This document shows positions 45,954 to 55,860 of a DNA stretch of 55,864 bases, piece by piece (positions within the stretch are counted from its first letter, which is position 1; the number at the start of each line of letters is the position of its first letter). Source of the stretch: an uncultured Gammaproteobacteria bacterium (GTDB lineage Bacteria; Pseudomonadota; Gammaproteobacteria; Magnimaribacterales; D2472). Under the pieces are notes generated by a model that saw only the letters and a list, made by a program, of their open reading frames with translations, was not told the DNA's origin and searched no databases. The translations under genes were made by a program, and so were the position numbers. The stretch spans positions 1 through 55,864 of the forward strand of contig CAYUHD010000003.1 of assembly GCA_964444385.1 (NCBI GenBank). The letters run 5' to 3'.

Positions 45954-46214
45954 AGCTTTAAAGCCTGAGGCTTGCTCAACTTCTTCATTATTAAAGAACT
46001 TTTCCATTTGCTCTAATAACCATGAGCGGGCATTTGCCTGGGATAAGTCTAAATGTTTTTCATTAATGAGGGTGGTTTGATGTGATTTCCAAGCTTCCCA
46101 TGCTTCTTGAGAGACGGTTTCCATTAGTTCCTTACCTTTAGGCCCTGGCATTGGTGGAACTATCATTGCAGGTAAATCTTTTTGGAGTTTTTTGCAAAAA
46201 ATAGTGTTACTCAT
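45945..46214 (-). CDS. yggX: Fe(2+)-trafficking protein YggX
   Basis: [36 protein letters not shown] matches YggX. It lies downstream of mutY as in E. coli. Confidence 0.9.
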   Translation of the reverse strand: MSNTIFCKKLQKDLPAMIVPPMPGPKGKELMETVSQEAWEAWKSHQTTLINEKHLDLSQANARSWLLEQMEKFFNNEEVEQASGFKALD

Positions 46215-47212
46215 AATTTGTTTATTACCTTACTAATTGGTTTTGGTAGACCATATTCATTTATTCTATCCTTTTTTATCCATTTATATTGTTGATTGGT
46301 ATTTATTTGAGATTCTGTTGAGGACAAGTAGATCTTCAATTTTAGATCTAGTCTTCTGTGCGTGAGTTCATGTCGAATTTCTTGAGCAGCTGTCAGTTTA
46401 AAATTTTTTATATTATTTTGAAGTAATTTACTTTCAAAAGGAAGCCAAAGATTCTTCCAGATGGAACTAGCCTCATTTTTAACAAGCAATATAGACTCTT
46501 TGGTTTGGATAAGGGATAAATTCATTGGGATCACTTTTTTTGCTAGGGCAGATTTCCTTTTGCTGGCTGGGGTAACCTTGAATGCAGATAGGCAATGTGT
46601 ATTTAATGGACAATCATTGCATGCAGGGTTGAGGGGAGTGCATATGGTCGCACCCAAATCCATAATTCCTTGTGTGTAAGAGAAACAATCATTTTGGTTG
46701 ATCAATTCTTCAGAAAGTTTCCAAAGCTCATTTTCTTTAAGTAAATTTATATCTTTTTTTATCAATCTTGCGATGACTCTTTTAACATTTCCATCCAAGA
46801 TTGGCTGCGGAACCAAATATGCTAAAGACATTATTGCTCCTGCTGTTGATTTGCCTATCCCCGGCAACTCAACAATTTGATCAAATGTTTTGGGGAACCT
46901 ATTTTCATATTGTTTTCTTATGATTTCCTTTGATGCAAATATATTTCTTGCCCTCCTATAAAAACCTAATCCAGACCATGCTGCCAAAATTTGATCTTCA
47001 CTTGCTTGAGATAATTTTTTTTGATTTGGAAATTTTTTTATAAAATTTTTGAAATAAGGGATAACTGTCTTGACTTGTGTTTGCTGGAGCATGATCTCAG
47101 AGATCCAAATACTATAAGGCGTAACTTTTTTTCTCCAAGGCAAATCATGCCTTCCATGCTCTAAGTACCATTGAACGACTTTTTGTGAGATGAGTTGATA
47201 TCGTTTATTCAA
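46211..47212 (-). CDS. mutY: A/G-specific adenine DNA glycosylase MutY
   Basis: [15 protein letters not shown], HhH-GPD ([12 protein letters not shown]), and the 4Fe-4S cluster Cys motif ([17 protein letters not shown]). TTG at 47212 gives an E. coli-like N-terminal length. The longer alternative TTG at 47251 would overlap gpmA by 47 nt. Confidence 0.9.
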   Translation of the reverse strand: MNKRYQLISQKVVQWYLEHGRHDLPWRKKVTPYSIWISEIMLQQTQVKTVIPYFKNFIKKFPNQKKLSQASEDQILAAWSGLGFYRRARNIFASKEIIRKQYENRFPKTFDQIVELPGIGKSTAGAIMSLAYLVPQPILDGNVKRVIARLIKKDINLLKENELWKLSEELINQNDCFSYTQGIMDLGATICTPLNPACNDCPLNTHCLSAFKVTPASKRKSALAKKVIPMNLSLIQTKESILLVKNEASSIWKNLWLPFESKLLQNNIKNFKLTAAQEIRHELTHRRLDLKLKIYLSSTESQINTNQQYKWIKKDRINEYGLPKPISKVINKL

Positions 47213-47831
47213 AAAGATTTTCTTTATAAATTGGCTCTTTATCACCTGCAAAGGAGTAGATTATTGGTGCGCCAGTAGGAATCTCCAGCGCAACGACCTC
47301 TTCCTTAGACAAATCATCAAGTTGCATTACTAAAGATCTAAGAGAGTTCCCATGCGCGGCCACTAAAATATTTTCTCCTTGCATTAGCTTTGGCAGGATA
47401 TCTGAATTGAAATAAGGCAATACTCTTTCTGCAGTATTTTTTAAACTCTCCCCATTAGGAGGCGGAATATCATAGGATCTTCTCCATATATGAACCTGTT
47501 CTTCACCCCATTCTTTGCGAGCATCATCTTTATTTAAACCAGCAAGGTCTCCATAATCTCTTTCATTCAGCGCTTGATCTCTAACAACTTCAATATGCGT
47601 TTGTTCTATACCTTCTAAAATCATTTGGCCTGTAATTTGCGCTCGCTTTAAAGCGGAAGTAAACATCATAGAGAATTTAATATTTCTTTCTTTAATTAAC
47701 TCGCCCGCATTAATTGCTTCTTTTTCCCCATTAGAAGTTAACCCAGGATCTTTCCATCCTGTAAATAAATTTTTGGCATTCCATTCACTTTGACCATGAC
47801 GAACAAGGACTAAAAAATTTTGATCTTTCAT
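47205..47831 (-). CDS. gpmA: 2,3-bisphosphoglycerate-dependent phosphoglycerate mutase (short form)
   Basis: [20 protein letters not shown] catalytic-His motif, RRSYD, and AAHGNSLR. Confidence 0.9.
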   Translation of the reverse strand: MKDQNFLVLVRHGQSEWNAKNLFTGWKDPGLTSNGEKEAINAGELIKERNIKFSMMFTSALKRAQITGQMILEGIEQTHIEVVRDQALNERDYGDLAGLNKDDARKEWGEEQVHIWRRSYDIPPPNGESLKNTAERVLPYFNSDILPKLMQGENILVAAHGNSLRSLVMQLDDLSKEEVVALEIPTGAPIIYSFAGDKEPIYKENLFE

Positions 47832-47870
47832 AATATAAACCTCACCAATGTATATATTTTAAGCGATAAT

Positions 47871-48296
47871 ATGCAAATGCTAGAATTCAATTTGTTTTTA
47901 ATGGATTATTGGTACTTTTCTTTTCCATTGTTTCTTTCGATTATTTTATGGTTTCGTTCAGAAACTAGAAGAGGGGGGCATAGAGTAGACTGCAACCAGC
48001 TTACTAATTTGGTAAATAAAAAATCTGCCTGTTTAGTTGATGTTAGGTCTAAAAGTGAATTTGAGACTGGGGCGATAGCCGGCTCAGTGAATATTCCTTT
48101 TGAGGAACTTGAAAATAGAAATGATGAATTGCTGAAAGAAAAAGATAATCCCTTAGTATTAATCTGCAAAATCGGGAGAAACGCTGCTCTTGCCGGCGAA
48201 AAGATGCAATCCTATGGCTATAAAGAAACTCATGTGTTGCAAGGAGGGATTTCAACCTGGCAACAAGAGGGGCTGCCGTTGGTTAAGATAAAATAG
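47871..48296 (+). CDS. Membrane-anchored rhodanese-domain protein (YibN-like)
   Basis: N-terminal TM helix followed by a rhodanese domain with active-site loop CKIGRN. The ATG at 47871 avoids overlap with the divergent gpmA start. Confidence 0.7.
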   Translation: MQMLEFNLFLMDYWYFSFPLFLSIILWFRSETRRGGHRVDCNQLTNLVNKKSACLVDVRSKSEFETGAIAGSVNIPFEELENRNDELLKEKDNPLVLICKIGRNAALAGEKMQSYGYKETHVLQGGISTWQQEGLPLVKIK

Positions 48297-48299
48297 CTT

Positions 48300-48737
48300 G
48301 TGAACTTTTATAAAATTTTTTTTTCATTTTTTTTCTTTTTTACCGTATACATATCTGCAGATGAGTTGACTATCAATTTGTCAGGGCAAACCAAACCAGG
48401 AGTGTTGTCTTTAGCTATCTATAATAATGCAGAGGCATATGATCAATCTGTAAAAGGCGAAAAGCGATCAGAAAAAGGTATCTTTTCTGGCATAGAATCC
48501 TATATTGAACCTCAGGAAAATCATGAATTTATCATTGACCTTCCGGAGGGAATTTATGCAATCGCACTTTTTGTTGATGTAAATAAAAATTTAAAAATTG
48601 ACAAAAATTTTTTTGGTATACCAAAAGAGCAATTTGGCTTTTCTAATAATGCAATGGGTAAATTATCAGCACCTTCTTTTGAGCAAACCATGTTTCAGGT
48701 TAGAGGAAATACTATTCAAAATATTGAGTTGAAATAA
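48300..48737 (+). CDS. DUF2141 domain-containing secreted protein
   Basis: Phe-rich signal peptide and the FFGIPKEQFGFSNNA motif characteristic of DUF2141. GTG start. Confidence 0.65.
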   Translation: MNFYKIFFSFFFFFTVYISADELTINLSGQTKPGVLSLAIYNNAEAYDQSVKGEKRSEKGIFSGIESYIEPQENHEFIIDLPEGIYAIALFVDVNKNLKIDKNFFGIPKEQFGFSNNAMGKLSAPSFEQTMFQVRGNTIQNIELK

Positions 48738-48762
48738 CTTACAATCTCAATGAAACTTTAAG

Positions 48763-50139
48763 TTAGGCTTGTTGTGCCTTTATTTTTTTTGTTAGAGTAT
48801 TTCGCCCAAGGCCTAAAGCTTTAGCAGCTTCTTGTTTTTTGCCTCCAGTTTTTTCTAAAGCAAAATCAATCATGACCTTGTCTAGGGCTGGCTCAATTAT
48901 TTCAAGCATATTCTCAGAATTACTTTGGTATATCTCGCCAAGCCATTGAGAAAATCCTGATTGCCAGCCATCATTTTTTATTTGAGGAGATTGATCGCTG
49001 TTAATTATTTCGTTTGGAAGGTCCCCTAGTTCTACGTTCTGAGTGGGCGCCATAAGAGCAATCCAATAACACGTATTCTCTAGCTGCCTAACATTCCCAG
49101 GCCAGTCATATTGAGTTAATGCAAGCAGTGCTTGTGGCGAAAGCACTTTAGGCTCATCTAACAATGAATCTGCATGTCTTTTTAAAAAAGCAGATGATAA
49201 ATCATTAATATCTTCTTTTCTTTGTCGTAATGGAGGAACATCAATCTTGATAACATTTAATCTATAGTAAAGATCCTCTCTAAAAGAGCCAGAGGCAACC
49301 AGTGATTCTAGGCTTTGATGTGTAGCAGCAAGAATTCGAACGTCTACTTTAATAGGTTTATCGCCGCCGACTCTAAAAAACTCTTTATTTGATAATACTC
49401 TTAGTAATCGTGTTTGCGTTTCAAGAGGCATATCTCCAATCTCATCTAGGAAAAGAGTGCCTCCATTTGCTTGTTCGAATCTGCCAATTCTTTGTTCAAC
49501 AGCGCCAGTAAATGCTCCTTTCTCATGTCCAAATAGTTCAGATTCAATTAGCTCTTTTGGAATATCAGCCATGTTTAAGGCTATAAATGGCATATCATGT
49601 CTTGGACTATTTTTATGTAATGACTTAGATACTAGTTCCTTGCCGGTACCAGATTCTCCTTGAATGAGAACCGTAGCATTTGTATTAGCTAGTTTTCCAA
49701 TTGACCTGAAGACAATTTGCATGGAAGGGGCGGAACCAATAATTTCTGATTTAGAAACTTTTTTTGGCTTAGCTTCTTTATGTTCTCCAAGGGCTTTTTT
49801 AACCGTAACAATTGCTTCTTCTAAATCAAAAGGTTTTGGAATGTATTCAAAAGCACCACCCCCATAAGAATCTATTGCAGCTTGCATATCTGTAAAGGCT
49901 GTCATAATTATTACTGGCAATTTTTCATAATTATTTTTGATGTGTTTAAGCAAATCATAGCCGTGCATTCCAGGCATTTTTATATCTGAAATTATTAGAT
50001 CAGGCTTACCTTCGTTTAAAGCTTCGATTAAGGATTCACCATCGGCAAAAGTTACAATTTCAAGCCCAGCGCTCTTTAGGCCTTCCTCAAGAACCATGCG
50101 AATGGCCTCATCATCATCAGCAATCCAGATTTTAGGCAC
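48763..50139 (-). CDS. ntrC: Nitrogen regulation response regulator NtrC (sigma-54-dependent activator)
   Basis: Receiver domain (IWIADDDEAIR..DIKMPG), AAA+ core with GESGTGKE and GAFTGA, and a C-terminal Fis-type HTH (AAKALGLGRNTLTKKIK). Confidence 0.93.
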   Translation of the reverse strand: MPKIWIADDDEAIRMVLEEGLKSAGLEIVTFADGESLIEALNEGKPDLIISDIKMPGMHGYDLLKHIKNNYEKLPVIIMTAFTDMQAAIDSYGGGAFEYIPKPFDLEEAIVTVKKALGEHKEAKPKKVSKSEIIGSAPSMQIVFRSIGKLANTNATVLIQGESGTGKELVSKSLHKNSPRHDMPFIALNMADIPKELIESELFGHEKGAFTGAVEQRIGRFEQANGGTLFLDEIGDMPLETQTRLLRVLSNKEFFRVGGDKPIKVDVRILAATHQSLESLVASGSFREDLYYRLNVIKIDVPPLRQRKEDINDLSSAFLKRHADSLLDEPKVLSPQALLALTQYDWPGNVRQLENTCYWIALMAPTQNVELGDLPNEIINSDQSPQIKNDGWQSGFSQWLGEIYQSNSENMLEIIEPALDKVMIDFALEKTGGKKQEAAKALGLGRNTLTKKIKAQQA

Positions 50140-51220
50140 TTTGAGCTCCTTGAATGTAACTGTTGGAAATAGGGATTAGAATTGAGAACATTGTTTGATC
50201 ATCTTTACGTTCAAAAGATATTGCACCTCCATGTATCCTTATAATATCTTGTGAAATAGACAACCCAATTCCAGAACCGTTCTTTTTGCCAGAGATCATA
50301 GGAAAAAAAATTTGATCTTTAATTTCTGGATTAATTCCAGGTCCATTATCTTTAACAATAATTTCAGCCAAAGTATTATAAATAGTCCCATTGATTGGCT
50401 GGCGATATGAAATTTTAGTTTGAATACCTATACATGGTCGCTCTGCAAAATTTGTACATGCATGCACAGCATTTTGAGTGATATTTATTAAAGCTTGTAT
50501 GAATAGATTTTTGTCACCATAAATTTCAGGAATACTCGGATCATAGTCTCTATCGATGGTTAAGTTTTCTTGAGTTTCAGCATTACTTAACGCTAAGACT
50601 CTCTGCAAAGATTCATGAAGATTAAAGTATTCAAAGGTCGGTTTTTTTGCTGGAGTTAGAATCCTAGTAACAATTTCATTTAATCGATCTGTCTCTTCTT
50701 CAATTATTTTTAGAAATTTTTTTGAAAAATCATCAACATATTTAGACTTTAAAATTTGAGCACTTCCTTTGATTCCTGATAAAGGATTTTTGACTTCGTG
50801 AGCTAGAGTTCTGGCTAAGCCAGCGGCTATTTTTTGTGTTGAAAAGCTCCTTGTGGAGTCAATAATTTTATTCAGGTTATCAATACTAACTGCCTCTATA
50901 AAGATAAGTTTTTTCTTATCAGAGAAAGTAATGGTCAGGTCAACTGTTCTTGATAGGCCAGATTGATGAACAATCTCAAAATCTCTTCTGGTAAGAGATC
51001 CAGAATTCTTTCTAGTTTTTATGAGGATCTCATTTATCTGAGCCCCACTTTCATCATCTAATAATGACGAGATAGTTTTTCCATCAAACTTTGCAGAATC
51101 ACCAATCCAATTTGCAGCTTTTGCTGCATCATTAATCCACAATAATTTAAAATTATCGCCATCTAAGATAATGATTTCAGTATTTAAGTTATCAAATGCT
51201 TTAAAGTCTGAAAAATCCAT
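50132..51220 (-). CDS. ntrB: Nitrogen regulation sensor histidine kinase NtrB
   Basis: PAS-like N-terminus, H-box LAHEVKNPLSGIKG, N-box ITQNAVHA, and G-boxes DNGPGI / GSGIGLS. It overlaps ntrC by 8 nt. Confidence 0.9.
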   Translation of the reverse strand: MDFSDFKAFDNLNTEIIILDGDNFKLLWINDAAKAANWIGDSAKFDGKTISSLLDDESGAQINEILIKTRKNSGSLTRRDFEIVHQSGLSRTVDLTITFSDKKKLIFIEAVSIDNLNKIIDSTRSFSTQKIAAGLARTLAHEVKNPLSGIKGSAQILKSKYVDDFSKKFLKIIEEETDRLNEIVTRILTPAKKPTFEYFNLHESLQRVLALSNAETQENLTIDRDYDPSIPEIYGDKNLFIQALINITQNAVHACTNFAERPCIGIQTKISYRQPINGTIYNTLAEIIVKDNGPGINPEIKDQIFFPMISGKKNGSGIGLSISQDIIRIHGGAISFERKDDQTMFSILIPISNSYIQGAQSA

Positions 51221-51225
51221 ACTAG

Positions 51226-51263
51226 AAAACTAAAGAATAAAGCCTCCCAATTAAGGAAGGCTT
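51226..51263 (-). terminator. Candidate intrinsic (attenuating) terminator between glnII and ntrB
   Basis: On the minus strand, AAGCCTTCC-TTAATT-GGGAGGCTT forms a 9-bp stem with one G-U pair, followed by TATTCTTTAGTTTT. On the plus-strand RNA the same position is a C-A mismatch, so the hairpin is strand-biased toward the gln direction. Confidence 0.5.
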
Positions 51264-51301
51264 GATGTTTCTCTCTTTTGTAGAGTTATGCAACTTCGAA
51301 C

Positions 51302-52282
51302 TTATTTAGTTAGCGTCCCAACGATGTGAGCTAAAATTTTATATGGATCCGCATTTGATGCTGGTCTTCTATCTTCTAGGTAACCATTCCAGTTATGTTC
51401 AACTGTGTATACAGGGATTCTGATACTAGCCCCCCTATCACTAACCCCATATGAGAACTGATCAATGCTTTGTGTTTCATGTAGACCCGTTAATCGCATG
51501 TCATTATCAGAACCATAAGCAGCAATACCTTCTTTATGAGCTTCACCAAGCTTGTCGCACATAGATGAAAATAACTCTTCAGATCCACGCGATCTCATTT
51601 CTCCATTTGAGAAGTTAGTATGCATTCCAGAGCCATTCCAGTCTCCAGTTTTAGGTTTTGGGTGGATATTAACCCCAACACCATATTCTTCTGCTATTTT
51701 GTAAAGCATATATCTGCTAACCCATAGATCATCTGCCGCTTTAATTCCTTTTCCAAGGCATTGATATTCCCATTGACCTAGAGCAACTTCGGCATTAGTT
51801 CCAGTTAAAGTAATTCCTAAGTCTAGGCATGCTTCAAGATGGTGATCAGAAATTTCTCTACCTACTACATTTCCTGCTCCAACACCACAATAGAAATCAC
51901 CCTGAGCTCTAGGCTCGCCGTTTTCCCATCCTAATGGCTCCCCAGTTTCAGGATCAGTAAAGAAAAATTCTTGCTCAAACCCAAACCACCAGTCATCTGT
52001 TACAACTTCTGCAGCTGCAACACGAAAATTAGTTGGATGAGCGGTATGGTCAGCTGATTGAACTTGAGTCATTACCAAATCATGTCCATGTGGATTTTCA
52101 TAGGTTTGAACTGGAAGAAGCAAGCAATCTGAACTTCCGCCCTCAGCCTGTTGAGTTGACGATCCATCAAAAGCCCAATCAGGAGGGGTATTTGCATCAG
52201 TAGCTTTGACTTTGCTTCTCAATGAAGGTTCTGGTTGGTATCCATCAAGCCATATATATTCATAAGTTTTATATTTTGACAT
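51302..52282 (-). CDS. glnII: Glutamine synthetase, type II (eukaryote-like GlnII)
   Basis: The 326-aa protein aligns along its length with rhizobial GlnII: YKTYEYIWLDGY, FDGSSTQQAEG, WFGFEQEFFF, NAEVALGQWEYQ, DWNGSGMHTNFS, and GYLEDRRPASNADPY. Confidence 0.92.
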   Translation of the reverse strand: MSKYKTYEYIWLDGYQPEPSLRSKVKATDANTPPDWAFDGSSTQQAEGGSSDCLLLPVQTYENPHGHDLVMTQVQSADHTAHPTNFRVAAAEVVTDDWWFGFEQEFFFTDPETGEPLGWENGEPRAQGDFYCGVGAGNVVGREISDHHLEACLDLGITLTGTNAEVALGQWEYQCLGKGIKAADDLWVSRYMLYKIAEEYGVGVNIHPKPKTGDWNGSGMHTNFSNGEMRSRGSEELFSSMCDKLGEAHKEGIAAYGSDNDMRLTGLHETQSIDQFSYGVSDRGASIRIPVYTVEHNWNGYLEDRRPASNADPYKILAHIVGTLTK

Positions 52283-52324
52283 TCTATTTCTCCTAAAATT
52301 TTTTAAGTACCTATATACAATACA

Positions 52325-52340
52325 TGCAATTGTAATGCCA
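52325..52340 (-). promoter_or_regulatory. Sigma-54 (-24/-12) promoter of glnII
   Basis: The minus strand reads TGGCATTACAATTGCA, matching TGGCAC-N5-TTGCA with canonical GG/GC spacing. It lies about 45 nt upstream of the glnII ATG, with an AGGAG RBS in between. Confidence 0.7.
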
Positions 52341-52347
52341 ATATAAA

Positions 52348-52364
52348 TGCACTTATATTGTGCA
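52348..52364. promoter_or_regulatory. NtrC-type binding site 1 (TGCAC-N7-GTGCA)
   Basis: TGCACTTATATTGTGCA matches the 17-bp dyad TGCACC-N5-GGTGCA at 11 of 14 specified positions. Confidence 0.55.
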
Positions 52365-52399
52365 AATTAAGGTTAATTATAGGGCAAAATATATTTTAT

Positions 52400-52416
52400 T
52401 GCACTTTATTAGTGCA
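52400..52416. promoter_or_regulatory. NtrC-type binding site 2 (TGCAC-N7-GTGCA)
   Basis: TGCACTTTATTAGTGCA has its centre 52 bp (about five helical turns) from site 1. It overlaps the yqiA stop codon. Confidence 0.55.
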
Positions 52417-52981
52417 AATTTAGAAATTTTTGTATTTTAATTAGGTGCGATTCAAAACTCCCAAAGGAGTGATTTCCTCCAAAAGTAATATCAATTTGAC
52501 TGCCTGAGAAATATTCAATCGCTTGTTTGTAATCAAGCACCTCATCTCCTGATTCAATCAAAGTCATAAAGTTTTTAGGTTTCCTAATCTTTTTAATTTT
52601 CTGACTCATAGTATCCAAGAAATCTAATTGCTTTTGGTCAATAATAAATTTATCACCAGTCGAATAGTTTTTATTTTCACCTAGGTATTCGGACATATTA
52701 AGCGGGGGAATCGCAGGGTTTATATTGACACAAGGTAGATTATATTTTTCTGAAAAATATATTCCATAAAATCCTCCCAATGAACTTCCCATAAAAGAAG
52801 ATGGAGATTCTTTTTGAATGATTTTTTCTATTTGATGATAAGCATTTTGAATATTGTTATCTAAATCAGGTATAAAGATTTCAGTTTTCTTTGTATTTTT
52901 CTTGATAAAAGAATAAATCAGGTTTGCTTTAGTTGAATCTGCCGAGGATGCAAATCCATGAAGGTATAAGATTTTAGCCAT
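52409..52981 (-). CDS. yqiA: YqiA family esterase (alpha/beta hydrolase, UPF0227)
   Basis: ILYLHGFASS N-terminus, nucleophile elbow GSSLGG, and a C-terminal GGNHSF motif. Confidence 0.8.
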   Translation of the reverse strand: MAKILYLHGFASSADSTKANLIYSFIKKNTKKTEIFIPDLDNNIQNAYHQIEKIIQKESPSSFMGSSLGGFYGIYFSEKYNLPCVNINPAIPPLNMSEYLGENKNYSTGDKFIIDQKQLDFLDTMSQKIKKIRKPKNFMTLIESGDEVLDYKQAIEYFSGSQIDITFGGNHSFGSFESHLIKIQKFLNLH

Positions 52982-53405
52982 TCAAAAAATTTATCTTTTT
53001 TGCTTCGACCGCTCCATTTAAAAAAATATTTTTTAACCACTCAGTTAGAATTCTATTTTGTTGATATTTTTCATCTTGCGAATGTGAGAATGGAGAAGTT
53101 GCAAAAAATGGAACGGGCTTCTCTTGTTGATAAGAAATAACTTCTGCTAATTCAGCATCAATATAAACATTAATTCTTAACAAAAAATTAATTAATGTTG
53201 TATCTGCATTTTTAAATTTTGCCTCGATTGAAAGAGTATGTGGGGTTCTTGAGATAACCAAAAATTCAGCTTTATTTTTTTTGTCATAATGAAGAATTTC
53301 AAAAGAATAGTAATCATTTTTAAAATCACAAAGTATTTTTCTAAGCCTAGAGAAATTTGCACTGCACGTCGTTAAATGATTTTTTGTTTTCAAAGTTTTA
53401 TACAT
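52974..53405 (-). CDS. DUF1249 (YqiB-like) protein
   Basis: A 143-aa protein immediately upstream of yqiA, as with E. coli yqiB. The N-terminal C..NF.RL..L segment fits DUF1249. The assignment rests largely on synteny. Confidence 0.55.
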   Translation of the reverse strand: MYKTLKTKNHLTTCSANFSRLRKILCDFKNDYYSFEILHYDKKNKAEFLVISRTPHTLSIEAKFKNADTTLINFLLRINVYIDAELAEVISYQQEKPVPFFATSPFSHSQDEKYQQNRILTEWLKNIFLNGAVEAKKINFLNG

Positions 53406-54530
53406 TTATTTGATTCTATAATCTTTGTTAAATGGTGTATAGGATCTGCAGGCCTCAATGTAATTTTTTATTTGAGTTTTCTCAGACTCACAAAAATTTT
53501 TTACTGCCTCCCCAAAATCCTCTTTTAAAAAATAATGAAACGATGAACTTAAATGTGGCTGAAACCCTCTTCTAATTTTATGCTCACCTTGAACTCCAGG
53601 ATCAAAGAACCTGAGGTTATTTTTTATGCAGTATTCTATCCCTTGATAGTAGCAGCATTCAAAGTGGAGATTTTTTATTTTTTTTGTAGTGCCCCAATGC
53701 CTACCATATAAGGTATTTTTTCCCTCATAGCAAAGTGAAGCTCCAATTGGCTCACCATCTAGTTCAGCGAAAAATATTACAGGTTTAACTAATTGATTTG
53801 CGGTACTTATTAATTCAAAAAACTCTTTGTTAAGATATGGATTTTGAGCTCTCTCATAATAAGTTTTTTGATAAAATATATAAAATAAATTCCAGTCTTC
53901 AGAAGTTATTTTATTGTATTTTTTGCATTTAAATTCGATCCCTTTGTTGGCAATGCTTTTTCTTTCTTTACGAATAGTAGCTCTTTGACGTGATGTAAAA
54001 ATAGATAGAAAATCATCGAAGTTTTGGAAATTATCATTGATCCAAGTAAACCGATAATTAAATCTCTCAACAAAATTTCTTTCACGTAAAACTTTGCATC
54101 CTAATTTATTTGGAAAAAGAATATGCCAGGATTCTATCTCTTCCGTTTCCATTTTATTGATACCAGCATCAATCAATCTTAACTTCTCTAGTTCAGTTTT
54201 AGCTAAAATTCTATCCCCTTCACAAGGCGTGAAAGGAATAGCTGTTAATAATTTTGGATAATAATTTCTACCAGTACGCTGTAATGCATTTGCCCATTGA
54301 TGATCGAAAATATATTCTCCATGGCTATTATATTTTTTATAAAGTGGCATAAAACTCATTAAGGTTTCATCATTAATTTCACCAAGATGGTCTGGAATCC
54401 ATCCGGATTCTTCGGAGGCAGAATTACTTTCTTCCACAGCTCTCAAGTATGTAAAATTTTCAAAAGGATTATTTGCTTCTATTGAGTAATTTTTTTTACT
54501 TAAATCAATTTTCTTAATTTCTGACTGCAT
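53406..54530 (-). CDS. DUF482 / FemAB-like GNAT-fold protein
   Basis: YYPKLLTAIPFTPCEG, RHWG, HFE.CYYQGIEY, and the FDPGVQGEHK motif are typical of this family. The ATG at 54530 forms a TAATG overlap with the ubiA stop. Confidence 0.65.
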   Translation of the reverse strand: MQSEIKKIDLSKKNYSIEANNPFENFTYLRAVEESNSASEESGWIPDHLGEINDETLMSFMPLYKKYNSHGEYIFDHQWANALQRTGRNYYPKLLTAIPFTPCEGDRILAKTELEKLRLIDAGINKMETEEIESWHILFPNKLGCKVLRERNFVERFNYRFTWINDNFQNFDDFLSIFTSRQRATIRKERKSIANKGIEFKCKKYNKITSEDWNLFYIFYQKTYYERAQNPYLNKEFFELISTANQLVKPVIFFAELDGEPIGASLCYEGKNTLYGRHWGTTKKIKNLHFECCYYQGIEYCIKNNLRFFDPGVQGEHKIRRGFQPHLSSSFHYFLKEDFGEAVKNFCESEKTQIKNYIEACRSYTPFNKDYRIK

Positions 54531-55372
54531 TAAATTATTGAATAGCAAACTGCTGACATGATTAATAAATATAAAGATGCCCAATGGTTATTTTTAAAAG
54601 CTAATAAAAATTTATTTTTAGAAGCAAGATGATACTGATAGAAATAGAAACCACTAAACAAAATTATTCCTATAAACCATAAAGAGCTTAGCCCATCTTT
54701 CCATCCAACAATGAGCAATAAAAAAATTGCTAGGCATTGGAAGATAGAAATTACTAATAAAGTTTTAGATCCCCACCATAATGGAGTGGAGTTAATTCCT
54801 AGCTTTTGATCATCTTTTATATCAGATAACCCATAATATGAATCATAGGCAACGGTCATGGCAGCAAGTGAAAAATAGAGAAAAATCATAGTAGGATTAT
54901 TAAGCTCATTTGTAATTGCATAAACAATAATTGTTGGATTAAAGGTAAGGCCAAGAAAAAGCTGTGGCCCAATAAAAAATCTTTTAGTTAGTGGATATAT
55001 AATTATCATCAGCCCAAAGAAAATACTTACAAAAAAAGTATTCGCATTAGTAAAACTCAACAAAACCAAACTTAATAGTCCGAGAATTGCAAAAATACCC
55101 CAACTTTCAGATATGGAAAGCTTTTTGCTAGGGATTGGCCTCATTTTTGTTCTTTCTACGCTCCCATCAAGGTCCTTATCCCATATATCATTGATTACAC
55201 AGCCCGCAGATCTAACTAAAACGCTACCAATGATAACTATTAACGCATCTGTATACTCAAAATCGCCGTTTGTACTAATTACCAGAGCTAATAATGCAGG
55301 CCACATTAAAAGATATATACCGATCGGCCTATCAAGCCTCATTAATTGGCTAATGGCAAGAATTTTACTCAT
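54530..55372 (-). CDS. ubiA: 4-hydroxybenzoate polyprenyltransferase
   Basis: MRLDRPIGIYLLMWP N-terminus, and Asp-rich motifs NDIWDKDLD and YDSYYGLSDIKDD. The ATG at 55372 forms an ATGA overlap with ubiC. Confidence 0.92.
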   Translation of the reverse strand: MSKILAISQLMRLDRPIGIYLLMWPALLALVISTNGDFEYTDALIVIIGSVLVRSAGCVINDIWDKDLDGSVERTKMRPIPSKKLSISESWGIFAILGLLSLVLLSFTNANTFFVSIFFGLMIIIYPLTKRFFIGPQLFLGLTFNPTIIVYAITNELNNPTMIFLYFSLAAMTVAYDSYYGLSDIKDDQKLGINSTPLWWGSKTLLVISIFQCLAIFLLLIVGWKDGLSSLWFIGIILFSGFYFYQYHLASKNKFLLAFKNNHWASLYLLIMSAVCYSII

Positions 55373-55860
55373 GTGGATAAAAATACCTCCATAACACTTA
55401 ATGGGTACCCCTTTACCAAATAATGCGTTCTTCGTCCCCAAATAATTTCTTCCGTGAGGTTATGAAATTTTGCAAATTCACGACGTGTTTTAATAAATAG
55501 CTCACTTTGAAAGAGTAGATCTCCAAGTGGTTTTGATCCTAAAGTCCCTAAGCCTGGATAACCTTTTGTTGCGGTTAGAATGGGGATAATACTTCTTGCA
55601 TAGACAAGTGGCACCGAATCTCCATATAGGATTACTTCTCTGATACGTACCTCATTAAAATTTAACTCAAGAGCCTCATATTCTTCTGTTTCCGCTGTGC
55701 CAAGGTCATCATTCAGAACTTTAAGCTTGAATTTAGCTTCTGAGGAAATTCTTTTTGTGATAGAACCTTCTTCATTTAGCCAATTAAGAATTTTTTTTTC
55801 TTTTAAGCAGCCCTTTAATTCTGACTTATCTAGCCATTTTTCAATTCTTTTTATTTGCAT
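55369..55860 (-). CDS. ubiC: Chorismate pyruvate-lyase
   Basis: SITKRI, LGSKPLGDLLF, WGRR, and the C-terminal L..MEVFL align with E. coli UbiC. It lies directly upstream of ubiA. Confidence 0.8.
   Translation of the reverse strand: MQIKRIEKWLDKSELKGCLKEKKILNWLNEEGSITKRISSEAKFKLKVLNDDLGTAETEEYEALELNFNEVRIREVILYGDSVPLVYARSIIPILTATKGYPGLGTLGSKPLGDLLFQSELFIKTRREFAKFHNLTEEIIWGRRTHYLVKGYPLSVMEVFLST

Noticed and set aside
48316-48341. Homopolymer T runs (T9, T8, T6) at the 5' end of the DUF2141 gene as a possible slipped-strand phase-variation switch.
   Set aside because: The runs simply encode the Phe-rich core of the signal peptide (FFSFFFFF) in an AT-rich genome. A single sequence gives no evidence of length polymorphism. 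It would only be worth revisiting if population reads show indels here.
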